Below, one piece after another: positions 1-11,498 of a DNA stretch of 64,000 nucleotides. The notes under the pieces were generated by a model. The model searched no databases and was not told the origin of the DNA. It was given only the letters and a program-made list of their open reading frames with translations. Position numbers and translations under genes: made by a program. The first letter of the stretch is position 1. The number at the start of each line of letters is the position of its first letter. Source of the stretch: Camelus ferus (Eukaryota); the NCBI RefSeq assembly GCF_009834535.1, contig NC_045697.1, positions 87,732,001 to 87,796,000 on the forward strand, given 5' to 3'.

Positions 1-3000
1 CCACTTGAGAAACACATCTGTCAGGTGATGTCAACGCCTGGCTTCCTCTGCTTCCTGTTGGGTTCAAACGTGGCCTTCTCTCATGGTCCTGGAATGCTGA
101 CATGGTCGAGTGGCCAGAGCCAAACACAGGTAGGGTCAAGCTGAAAAAATCGACGGGGGCCTTCTGTCCTCAGCTTAGCTTTGGAGGGAATGGGAAGAAT
201 CTAGGAAGCGATTTATTGTCTCTGCTGGTGTAAATTCAGAAGAGGGGGATGGCGGAGAGAAAAAAAAAAAAAAAGAGACCGCAAACAGCCCCATCAGCTG
301 CAGAGACGTCAGTCAAGACATCCCAAACATCCCAAGTGCTGGTCCAGTTGGAGACATTTGCCTCAGGATAAGCAGGAATTCAGATCTGACCCTCACCCTC
401 AACATTTTTGGAAGTGGATGAAAGTGTCTTATCTGAACATGTAAGAATATTTCTGGCACTGAAGGCCACAGACGAAAATTCAGAGTTAAAATAAATACTC
501 AGAGAAGGAGAGGAAACAGTGAGGTTAAAGGTCTGATCAGATACGCGCCTCTAAGCTCACTGACTTCACCACACGCTCGTTTTATTCCATCCGGTTTTCA
601 TGTACTAACGTACGCCACAGCAAACAGACTCTCTTTTTACTCTTCCTGCTTTTGTGTGGACGGGGAGAAGACGACAAGTCCGGTGATTTAGGTAGACAAA
701 TACAAATAAAATAAGCAAAATAAAATTAGATAAGCCAGTTTGAAGTGTGTAACCAGATATGAGTATTTTCCATTCTTTCCTGTGCACCAGTATTTAGTTA
801 TGTATAGTGCCTGGGTCTGTGGACCAGTCATGATTATTACTCAGTAACAGAAAAGGTTTAAAATCATATCCTTAGAATGAATTTGCCATTTTATGAAGAA
901 GTAGAATCTGGGCAAGGACACTTAGTGAGATAGCCATATGCTTACATACACACGCACAATTTTTGTTTTTAAAGAAAAAAATGTTATTACTCCAGCACAG
1001 ATTAAGCTTAAGGATCGGGGTCTTAGTCATCTAATGACTTTCCAGGTGGGTCCTCTCTGGGCAACTGGAGGTCACAGGGAGGACACTCTGAGTGGGTGCT
1101 GAGATAGGGCGTGTGGTAATCCTTATACCATCAGCATGTAGATGACAGTCCCTTGTTTCCCTGCCGTTCTCAGGGTTTGCATGGTTGACTGTTCCTAATC
1201 AGAGATCACCTTGGTGACACACCGAGTTCCTCTGAAGCTGGGCACCAGTAGGCCTTCAGGGAAATGAAGCATGTGGCTACTTCAGCCAGACAGTCAGTCT
1301 CTGTTTGATGACTGTGCAATGACTGAGAAAGCCTTCTGACTTCACTCCTGTGCTCCAGCATTGTCATGGCTTTGGTGCTTGGAGCATCGATTCGGCACTG
1401 CCTTGTGAGATCCAGGTGGGCAAATGAATTACCCAGACTCTCTTTCTGCAACAACTGAGCTCCCTTTGATGGGATGCCACGCAAATACCACTTAATAACC
1501 CAAACTTTCTCAGGAAGAAGATCCAACATATCACAAAACTACTGTCAGAAATCTTTTCTTCTGACAGTACCCTTTAAGTTATTTAAAATCTCTTTTTAAA
1601 GGGCATGAGAACATATGTGCCCAAACGACTTATTCACTGAAAAAGTTACCTTTACTGTTTTGGAGAATGTGCTGCAGAAAGTTTTCATAGTACTATTGGG
1701 AAGCAGGAGATTTTATGACCATTTGTTCAGAATCCAAAGTTGGGATGTACGTTGTAAAATATTAGGACTGTCTTTCTGGGAACCACAGAACAGATGTTTA
1801 TAATCAAGAATGTTCCAGAAAATCAGAATAAGTGATTGCCACAGTAATGGCTTAAATAATTAATATTTTAGTAGCTGTTATTCATATTTTATCTGTGTCA
1901 ATCTTTTCCCTCACACAGGAAAATAAAAATGAATCAGTAAAAACATTTTTACTTGGATCATCCAAGGAACTCTCTCAAGAGACAGAGGAGAATCCAGACA
2001 AAGAACTGATAAAACTGGTTTTCTTAATCTGCCACTTTCCTTATTCTGCCAGAAAGTTAGCAATCCAATGTGAGCATGATCAGCAATGTGTAAAAAACCT
2101 ATAATTAAGGACTCGGATGTTTTCTCTACTGGCTTTATCTTTTAAATAAGAACACCTCTTCAACTGTAAACAACAGCTCTTGGTGGCTGTTTTTATTTGA
2201 ATAAAATTGTGTTTAAAATTGTTAAAAATTACAAGTTTTTGTCCACATTAAATCATAATGTGTGTGTGTGTGTGTATGTGTAGCTTTGTTACAAAGTATT
2301 CCTTCAGAAGACTGGAATCTATTAATCATGTTTGTGGGATGCTAGTAAGTGGCCTTATGCTACCAAAGAAGGATTTCTGTTTCACAGGGGCAGATGGAGA
2401 ATAATTGAAAGAGAAAACTAAATTTTATTCTCAAGTATAAATTATCATAATACAATATGCCTATCTCTTACATTCTTTCCACCTTCTATTATTTGCTGAC
2501 AGGGTCAGGCTTGCCTTTCCTTGTTCCCTGTTTTCCAGCAAGGCACTGTTAGATATGGAAGGGAAACCGCTGCTTTGACCATGGGAGGATGGCCCTGGCC
2601 TTTGCTTCGGTTCAGTGAATTCGGAGAGCTGCGTGTTAAGGGTGATGGGCTGCACTTTGAAGCCCTAATGGGCAAGACTTTCTGCTGCAGAGCAGGAGGC
2701 TTCAACTTGGTCGTATGGTAGTACAGTGTGAGAACAAAGGAAAGAGGATCACAGTGAAGACGCCACTGAGAAAGACCATGCAATCACCTGGACAATTAAT
2801 CTTTTTTAGTTAAATACTTGTGACTACATTTTGTTTGGGCTACAAGCCAAGGGAAGTGATTTTGGAAGACGCTCGGTACAGATTCTCATCAGTTATATCA
2901 AACAGCCTTACACAGCATGAACACACTGTAAGAGTACAGATTACTTTCCAGAATTCCAGAAAACACAACCCAGTAAGAAATCTTAAATCATTCTATTCCA

Positions 3001-3454
3001 CATCCTTCAAAATTGAAAGCGGGCAAACACAAGAGCTGGCCATCATGAGTCCGTCTCATTACTTTATTCAAACTATGGCTCATTTGACTCTGTATCTCAG
3101 TTTTTATTTTTAATGAGAGAGCCTACATGCTTGCCTTTCTATTCAGTTTCCTTTTTTTTTTTTTTATCATCTTTCTCCCCCTAATCATTATAGTGACTAT
3201 AGGTGTAGCGCCTTTCCAAGCCTCTTGGAAGGCCTCTTGTATATTGCAGTAGGATTTCTGGAAAGGCTGAGTTAGAAAGGGGGAGTTCTTTCAAATACTC
3301 TTTGACTTTACATCTGGCTGGGATTTAAATCCTGAACTCTTATGTCTGACCATACACAATACCAAAATATTTATCAATAATTTGGAATAATGTCTCCATT
3401 CTAAACCACACAATTCAAGAATGAAAACTTGAGAGTTTAATGACAGAACAGTTT

Positions 3455-3570
3455 AATATATATATATAAAATTTGTATATAATGACATATATGCAGTTAT
3501 ATATAATTATATATAAATTATATATACCCATTACATATTAATGTGTATGTATAATTTACTTATACATATA
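3455..3570. repeat. Degenerate (TA)n / AT-rich low-complexity tract
   Basis: Runs such as atatatatatata, tatatataattatatataaattatatata. Confidence 0.8.
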
Positions 3571-3639
3571 CACTCACATTCCCTTAGTGTGTAAATGTAT
3601 AATATAGGAAACAAAGTGAAACAGATTTCCCTTGTGCTT

Positions 3640-3900
3640 AAAAGTTACTGTGTTGGATTTAGTATAATTCAACAAATACTTAAAGAACAACAGTCTATAC
3701 TAGGTGTTAGCAATAAAGAGAAAATAAGATAGATAGATTTTTGTCCTTAAGGTTCTTATGGTATAATTTAGGAGGCTGAAAAGTAAACAGAATTTTATTG
3801 TGTGACAAGGTTAATGGCAGAGGCGCTGGGACAGCATCGTGTCCAGGCTGCTGTGCATTGCAGGTGCACAGACTGTGCTAGAGGGTTGGAAAATGTACAG
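3640..3900 (-). mobile_element. L2 LINE 3' fragment (ancient)
   Basis: 'attcaacaaatacttaaag...ctatactaggtgttagcaataaagag...tgtccttaaggttcttatggtataatt' resembles the antisense L2 3' end; highly diverged. Confidence 0.5.
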
Positions 3901-6900
3901 AGAATTGTCAGAAGAAAATATGACCTAGAAGATTGCATTTTGATGTGAGCTTCTCTTTGTGGATGATCATCAGACTAATACAATAACCTTAAAAGCCTTC
4001 GTTGTTTTTCTTAATTATGTTCCTGACTAGATATAATTTTTTCCTTTCCAATTCTGACGTTTTGTCATCATGTGATTAAAGAAATTTGATGGAGCTTCTG
4101 GTTTTGTAAGGTATGCAAGGTTTAGAGAATAAACAACACTCCTTTTATGCTCATTCTTATTTTTTGTTGTTGTTGTCGACTTTAGTGAATTTCATAGAAC
4201 TTGGCCCCATATATTTTTGAGACAGTTTCAGAAATTCTGTGAATAATTTAATAAATTATTACCATGGTACTCAACTTTGATGGAATGATCATTACATAAA
4301 TTAGTGATTTCAAAACTGCTGAGTTTTGGTTAAGTCTACATTATGACAATGTGAATTATGATGTGTTTTATATTTTAGTTATCAAAACCATACTGGATTA
4401 GCCTGCAGGAATTCTGGCCAATTTTCATGATAACTGGACATGGCCATATAATGTGCTATTCAGCTGCACAGCTGTATAGTCTGCATGTTTTCTGAGGGAC
4501 GTGGCTTTACTTGTAGGTTCGCATTAAGAAAATCTCCCTCCGTGAGTTTGATTTATAGCTCAGAAACATATAAGCATGTGCATACTAATGTTTACCATTA
4601 AAACCAAATTATATATTTTATTATAAACATTGCATATTTTCTTTCTAAAATTCACATGCCAGGTTTTGAAGAACTACACTATAGTTTTATGGAATATTTT
4701 TTTTTATATCATTCTTGTAGTGGATCCCTTATTTAGAAAATTCCATTTTCTTCTGATCATAGTTCAAAGAAAAATGTTCCTTAGTGGGTATTTAAAATAG
4801 GTGTTGAATTTTTTCATTATAAAGAGGCTGGATGGCACAGTGGCTAAGTGTGTGAGTACTGAAGTCACAGGCTATGCGTATTCCTTTCGTTTTCATAATT
4901 GCCTGATGCTATAACATGCACACATCTGATACATACAGACTATGTTTTCTTTCATCCCCATCTGTGGGTTGAGATAGAACAACAGAAGGATGTAGAAATT
5001 ACTCTAGCATGAATCCAGTCCCCAGTGAAGTTACCATTCTGGTTTAACTTAGAAACAGAATACGTATATATTAATAAGGACAAAGGATTCATTTGAGTCT
5101 TGACTGTACTGAGGCCACCTGAGTTTGTGACAGTAGGTAAAGTGACTATGAAGCTGTATGGAAGCTGTTTGCTAACAGGATTGATTCCTAGAGCTAAGAT
5201 AGGTGTGCTAAGTGGAGAAGGGGTCCATAAGCCTTACAAAAACAAAATAAAACAAAACAACCCACCTCTTAGCCACGAACAGCCCAGGACATTCTATGAA
5301 CTGGAAAAGCCCTGCATCGACATAGTTCCAACATGGAGAGTATCTGTTCCACAGTCATTGAAATAAAATTTCTTCATCAAGCTTCAGCAGTGTGTAGTTC
5401 TTATGGTTTCAGAAGGGAGGCAAAGGAATGTTTCCAGATGTTTGAAAAATATCATTTGAGGCAGAACGTTTAGCAATCGAGTTTCTACTTTAGTTGTGCT
5501 TACCTTTGAGGAAGTTCAGAAATTTCAACTTAAATAGTGGATGTAAAGTCCATCTTAAAATTCAATTTCAGGTGAGTATTACCTTCTTTTTAATTTCTTC
5601 TTTTAATGGACTGGTGACATAGAAATACTCTCCTAAACCAGCTGGTATATTTTAGAGACAGTGCTGGACGCAGAGCAAGATGTTTCCTAAATATTCTCAA
5701 ATTCTTGCTTCTGTATTATCATTATTCATGGCAATTGTCATTATTTATATTCATCAGAAATAATGAATGGAAATTAAGATGAAATTAACACGATATTTTT
5801 ATTCCTTATCAGATTATCAGGATAATTTTTTGACAGAAATTTATGTAAATTAAATATCAATTACATTTTCAAGATTTTATACAGATGTTTACTATGACAT
5901 AATAATTTCTGTAAATGGGAACAAGTTAAGTTTCCTGGGGTAAATACCAAGTAAAGTTTATATTAAATGCTGCCAAACTATTCTATGCATTTAGCAATAT
6001 TAGAGACAGCTGAAACCCAAATTTTGTGTGCTAAATATCGCCTAAAGTTTATGATACCATTAGAACATAATCTGTAAACTACATAACTAAATTTCACCAA
6101 TATTTCAAAGTTTTCAGGTGGATTAATTTAATGAATTTATGATTGTTATATCTATCTAGTTCAATTTTTAAATGTGGATAATTTACTGAAATGTAACTAA
6201 TAGTTTTCGGTAACCTCTAATTCAGACATTTTGGTATATACTTTCTCTCCCAATACTCTAAAATTGAGGAAACGACAGATGATTACTCCTCATTTGTGCA
6301 GAAAAACCCAAGCTGGAAAATTAACGGCACAGCTGGAAAGGCTAAAGAAGTTAGCATTTAAAAATGCTTGGATAGGCTCAAAATCTATCCCTAGATGCCA
6401 GAAGTGGCTCTTTTTGATTTAATCAACCCAATTATGAAATTCAGAACTATTTAAATAAATGCTGGTGAAATACGTTTGTCCACACTGCAACTTGCACAGA
6501 CTTTTTTTTTCTCACGATTGTCTCTCACCAGTCATCATTTGCTTCTGACAAAGTGCGTTTCTTATACTCTCTTTAAAAAGACAAGTTGCTAATTGACTGG
6601 CAAGGTAGCTGGCCCGGGTTAGAGCTCTGTTATTGAATTCCTGTAGTGGGAGTGAAAACAAAAATACTGATGGATACCCATGTTATGCCTACAATTAACA
6701 GAGTAAACATCTTAATAGGCATAGAAGACACAAGCAGATGTTCTAATTGCATGTCTGTGAGAAACTGATGTTTACTAGCTCCACTCTGGCTTGGCCTCTG
6801 AGACCTCAGGAAGTTACCCTCCCAGTGGGGATTTCAGTGATTTATTGATTTCAGTACAATGAATATTTCAGAAACTAGCAGGATTTTTAAGAGGTTAAAT

Positions 6901-7426
6901 ACATCCTTACAAAGGTTAGCATTAATTCATGCTTGAAGGGAATGCTAACTCTGCTTTAACCAGGGTAAGGGTGGTCACACTGGCCACATTACTGCCTAAG
7001 TGGGAAGGCACATGGACCAGGTAACGAAAGGGGTTTCTTAACAGAGAATGTGGAAATAAAACATTAGCACATTATTTTTTCCCCTAAACTGAACCAAAAT
7101 GAGGCAGCTGTGAATAATGGCAAACGCCTGAAAATTCGTGGTTGAAGCACTGATGAGTCTTGGTCAAAACAATAATGACAGAGGCTTGTATTTGAGACGC
7201 TCAGGGATGAATAACCTAATAAAGCTCAGAAACTTGAAAGATTTTCAAATTCTTAAGAAATGCTTAATCTACCACTCACCTTCTATATTGAATTTACAGA
7301 TATCTCCTGATGTATTTATTTGGCCATTGTTTACCAGGAAGAGTCTAAAAAGAAATTGATGGGTACTTTGTACTGTCATGCTTTCTTTCTTCTTAGTCAT
7401 GCTTATGGATATGGATAAACTGATAT

Positions 7427-7949
7427 TGAGGTGGGAAGCCCCATTAAAAAGATAGCAGGACCCCCAGGCAGGGCCACTACTCTCCTACCAGCACCATTTG
7501 GTTCCCTAGCCCAGCGGCATTATCTTGCTTTTTAACTCTAAAACGGCTTACTTCTAGGAAAGCAGAACTGATACCTAAGATTCTATTGGTTCCCTGAGCT
7601 AACTCCTGATTGGTCCATTCATAATGCCTCATTTGCATGGAGCTCACTCCTGACTGGCCCATTTCTATCACTCCTGATTTGTCCATTTCTACAAAGCTCG
7701 TTCCTAATTAGTCAACTTTGTTACACCTTATTTGCATATGATGTTGCAAAGTATAAACTGGCAGCCTATAAAAGCCTGCGTAAACCTACAGACGGGGTCC
7801 AGAGCTTGGAATATTAATTCCTCTGGGCCTGCCGGCATAATAAACCTGAGTTCTCCAACTCTCTGAGTGCTGCTTGGTCTCTCGCCTGGATCCAGGTTGC
7901 TGTCACAACGGAGCTGTAACACTGAGCTGAAACACACTTCCCTGCAGCA
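7427..7949 (+). mobile_element. ERV1-like solo LTR, complete (523 bp)
   Basis: TG...CA termini flanked by a perfect 4-bp TSD ATAT (7423-7426 and 7950-7953); TATAAAA at 7767-7773; AATAAA at 7839-7844; tandem U3 repeats; two ATTTGCAT octamers. Confidence 0.9.
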
Positions 7950-8284
7950 ATATGCTATATAACAATATGCAACAATATCCTTGGTATTAATAACAATACT
8001 CAATACTTATCCAGAATCATGCCAAGTACTGTGTAAATGCTCCAAACAAATTATCTCATTAAAAGGATGCCATTACATCAGGTGAATAAGTATGAAATCA
8101 TTGACAGACTATTATTTTGTAATAAATGCAAACAGTATTTTATCCTAGCTTCTCTTTTAAGTTGTGTTCAATTATTGGTTGTTTGCCCTATGACCTGGTT
8201 AAAATTTTTCTTCTTTAGACTAAAAAAAATAGGAGAATTTTGTAATGGAACATGCTTCTGCTTGAGATCTTATGGCTGTAGACC

Positions 8285-8530
8285 AGCTCTGGCCACAAGT
8301 ATCTGCTGGGCATCTGAGTGTGGCTGGTCTGAACTGAAAGACCAAGAATGCATAAAAGAGGTTAAAGTATTACTTTAATGTTTTTATATTGACTACATGT
8401 GAAATTGTAGTATTTTGACTGACTGGGTTAAATAAAATATATCATTAAAATTAATTTGACCTGCTTTTTTTTTTTTACTTTTAAAAATGTGGCTACTAGA
8501 GAGTTTAATTTTAATTACCAGATTATTTAC
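8285..8530 (-). mobile_element. MER33-like hAT-Charlie DNA transposon fragment
   Basis: 'gggttaaataaaatatatcattaaaattaatttgacctg...ttttaaaaatgtggctactagag' matches the reverse complement of the MER33 consensus as I recall it. Confidence 0.75.
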
Positions 8531-8959
8531 CTGTTGAGCCCTGTACTGTTTTGCCAGTCTTGGACTCAGAATGCATACCACCAAGTTCATTTCCTATTCT
8601 ACACTGATTTTTGCATGGTATTTGCTTGTTATGATGGCAACCATAGAAAACCCATCTTCACAAAATATGACATCATCAAAAAATGGAATGTGTTCTAACA
8701 TTGAAAGTGTGAATGACCTTGATCTAGCAGTTCTCATGGTGTCTAATACATGTTTTGCTATAAATTCCTCAAATGTTTAACCTATCCAGTGTCACCTCTG
8801 AATGTTACTTGTAGTTTCCTGGTATGCTTGGGCACAGAGTTTGGGAACCATGAATATAGTCCAGTCAGAAACATGACAATTTTTAGTTCTGTACATATCT
8901 CAGTAGAATTACAACTTCAACAGTGTTATCAGAAAACATAATCTAATTCATCCTTAAAC

Positions 8960-9470
8960 TCATTCATCCACCCATTTACTTAGTCATTAATGTAGTCATT
9001 CAGATTTTATTTAAAATGTGTAAAACACTGAGCACTGGGTGCTGGTGATATAGACGTGAGAACACAGACCTGGAGTTTGCATTCTAGTGAACAGAAACAA
9101 AGAAACAGATTATTGACTCCAAGTGAACAAATGCATAAGGTACTTGCAAATCGTAATGGGGGTTGTGGAAGAAGTGACACCATAGAGCACAGCTAGGGTA
9201 GGAGTGGGGGATGCAACTTTAGACAAGGTGGGCAGAGAAGACCTCTCCGAAGTGACATCTGAACGGACACCTAATGCAGGGAGTAGCCAACTTGGGGCAG
9301 AATCTGAAAAGAGCATTCCGGAAGAAGCAACAGCAAAGACCTTAAGAGTGGAAATAACTCAGGTGTTATTCACTGGGGTGTTGAATAGCAGAAAGGAGAC
9401 ACTGTAGGTAAGGGGAAGGCTGATGTGAAAAGCTGGAGGGGTTCGCAGGAGCCAGATGGTGTGCTACAGT
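8960..9470 (-). mobile_element. L2 LINE 3' portion
   Basis: Starts with a cattcatccacccattt tail remnant; typical antisense L2 text 'gaagacctctccgaagtgacatctgaac...gaaaagagcattccggaagaagcaacagcaaagacc'. Confidence 0.75.
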
Positions 9471-10373
9471 CATTAGTTTCCATTTTTGTTTTCCAAAAGC
9501 CAGGCTTAAGGCACCTAGGAAAATGCTTTGCATATAACAGGTGCCCAGTAATGTAGATAGGCAAATACTGGGTGCCTAAAATGGATACAGGGTCCAGCTT
9601 AAAATATAAGATTAAGAAACCTGGGACACAAAGAACTTTATGTCACTGCTCAGGCCAAAAATATGCCTAAGTCACGTTTTTTGGCTTGCCTACTGAAAAA
9701 TCAGAATTCTTTTTCTAGTTTTAAACTTCTCTTGCTCTGAGACTGACCTTTTTTGGCTACCACAAATAACTTCCCTCTTTGACCTTCAATTTCTACTCCA
9801 GGCTTAAAGTTATCATTCTTGGCAATCCAAGCAGTATGCCTTTCTGGTTTCTAGTTTCTACTGAATTAAAACTGTTTCCATTTTTATATCTGCTTCTTCC
9901 TACTCGTAGCTTTCTCGGTTTCTTTTTTGATCGATTTGAACTTCTACTCTTTCAGTAATAGACTTGTTTTATTCCAGGAAAGATAAGTGATCAATTATTT
10001 ATATTCTCATCTGATTTACGTATATGAGGTTGTGGGGTTTGAGTGGCTCCATCTGGGGACCAGCCAAGACTGAGATCCTGTTGTTTACGGCATTACCATG
10101 ATTCAGTGGTGGCCTCCAGGTACACTCTCAGGCAGCTCATTCCAGAGCTCATGAAACAGAAAGACAGACAGACTAAAAGAAAATGCTCATATCACAGAAT
10201 GTATTAAAGAACTGCAAATGTACAATGGTAGTAAAGGACAGGGGACTGAATAAACTGACACACTTGGAATAAACAGGGAGCAAGTAAACGGAAGGCCCAT
10301 CCAATCAAGTCCAGCTTAGTCATGGTCACATGCTCTGGCCCTCCCTATTGATAGCATGGTTACAGAAACCAGG

Positions 10374-10860
10374 TGTGGTAGGCATACTGCCCTTAAGGTG
10401 TTCATGCCCTGATTCCCAGATGCTGCCAATATATTGTCTGACATGGCAAAAGGGATTCTGCAGACATGATTGTGTTAAGGACCTTGAGGTGGGGAAATTA
10501 TTCTCGATCATGTAGATGAATCTAATCTAATCACATGTGTACTTAAACACTGGGGAAGATTTTCTGGCTACAGCAGAGACAGAAGTGAGGATGAATGTAG
10601 GGTCATAAAGGTGTGATGTTCATTGCTGACTTTGAACACAAAGGAAGGGACCACTGGCTAAAGAGTGACCTACAAAGGGCAGGGAAATTGACTCTCCTCT
10701 AAAGCCTTCAGAAAGGAACACAGCCCAGCTGATACCTTGATTTTTGCCCAGTGAAATTCATATCCCACCTCCAACCTACAGTACTGTAAGAAATTAATTG
10801 TGTTGTTTAAGCCACTAAGTTTGTGGCAGTTTGTTATGGCAGCTAAAGGAAACTAATATA
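10374..10860 (+). mobile_element. MLT1D-like ERVL-MaLR solo LTR
   Basis: Begins tgtggtagg, contains 'catggcaaaagggattctgcagacatgattgtgttaaggaccttgag', ends 'aagccactaagtttgtggcagtttgttatggcagctaaaggaaactaatata'. Confidence 0.85.
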
Positions 10861-10899
10861 GGACGTAAAGCAAGGGGCTTGGCAGGTGAAAGGTGCTAT

Positions 10900-11498
10900 A
10901 TATATTTTTTTTTCAGGTGCTTTTTCATTATAGGTTATTACAAGAAATTGAATACAGTTCTCTGGGCTATACAGAAGATCCTTGTTGTTTATCTATTTTA
11001 GATATAGTAGTGTGTATCTGCTAATTCCAGACTCCTAATTTATCCCTCTCCCCTGTTCCCCCCCTGGTAACCACAGGTTTCTATGTGTATGAGTCTGTTT
11101 CTGTTTTGTAAATACATTCATTTGTATCTTTTTTTAAGATTCTGCCTATAAGTGGTATCTTTATATCTGTCTCTGACTTACTTCACTTAGTATGATAATC
11201 TCTAGGTCCATCCATGTTGCTGCAAATGGCATTTAATTCTTTTTTTATGATTAAGTAATATTCCATTGTACATATATACCATATAAATAAACAGTGCTTA
11301 TATCTTTTCAAATTAGAGTTTTTGTCTTTTCTGAATATATGTCCAGGAGTGGGATTGTTGGATCATATGGTAACCTATTTGTAGTTTTTTGAGGAACTTC
11401 CATATTGTTTTCCATAGTGGCTGCACCAATTTACATTCTTACCAACAGCATAGGAGGGTTCCCTTTTCTCCAAACCCTCTCCAGAATTTAGTATTTGT
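10900..11498 (-). mobile_element. LINE-1 3' end (3'UTR plus ORF2 C-terminus), 5'-truncated
   Basis: Antisense L1 text 'cttcacttagtatgataatctctaggtccatccatgttgctgcaaatggc' and 'ccatagtggctgcaccaatttacattcttaccaacagcataggagggttcccttttctcc'. Confidence 0.9.

Noticed and set aside
1206..1529. 107-aa minus-strand ORF
   Set aside because: Non-ATG start, no recognisable domain, no supporting exon structure; its length is compatible with chance.
2461..2783. Three overlapping ORFs in a GC-richer patch
   Set aside because: Open frames on both strands reflect locally higher GC; no recognisable protein.
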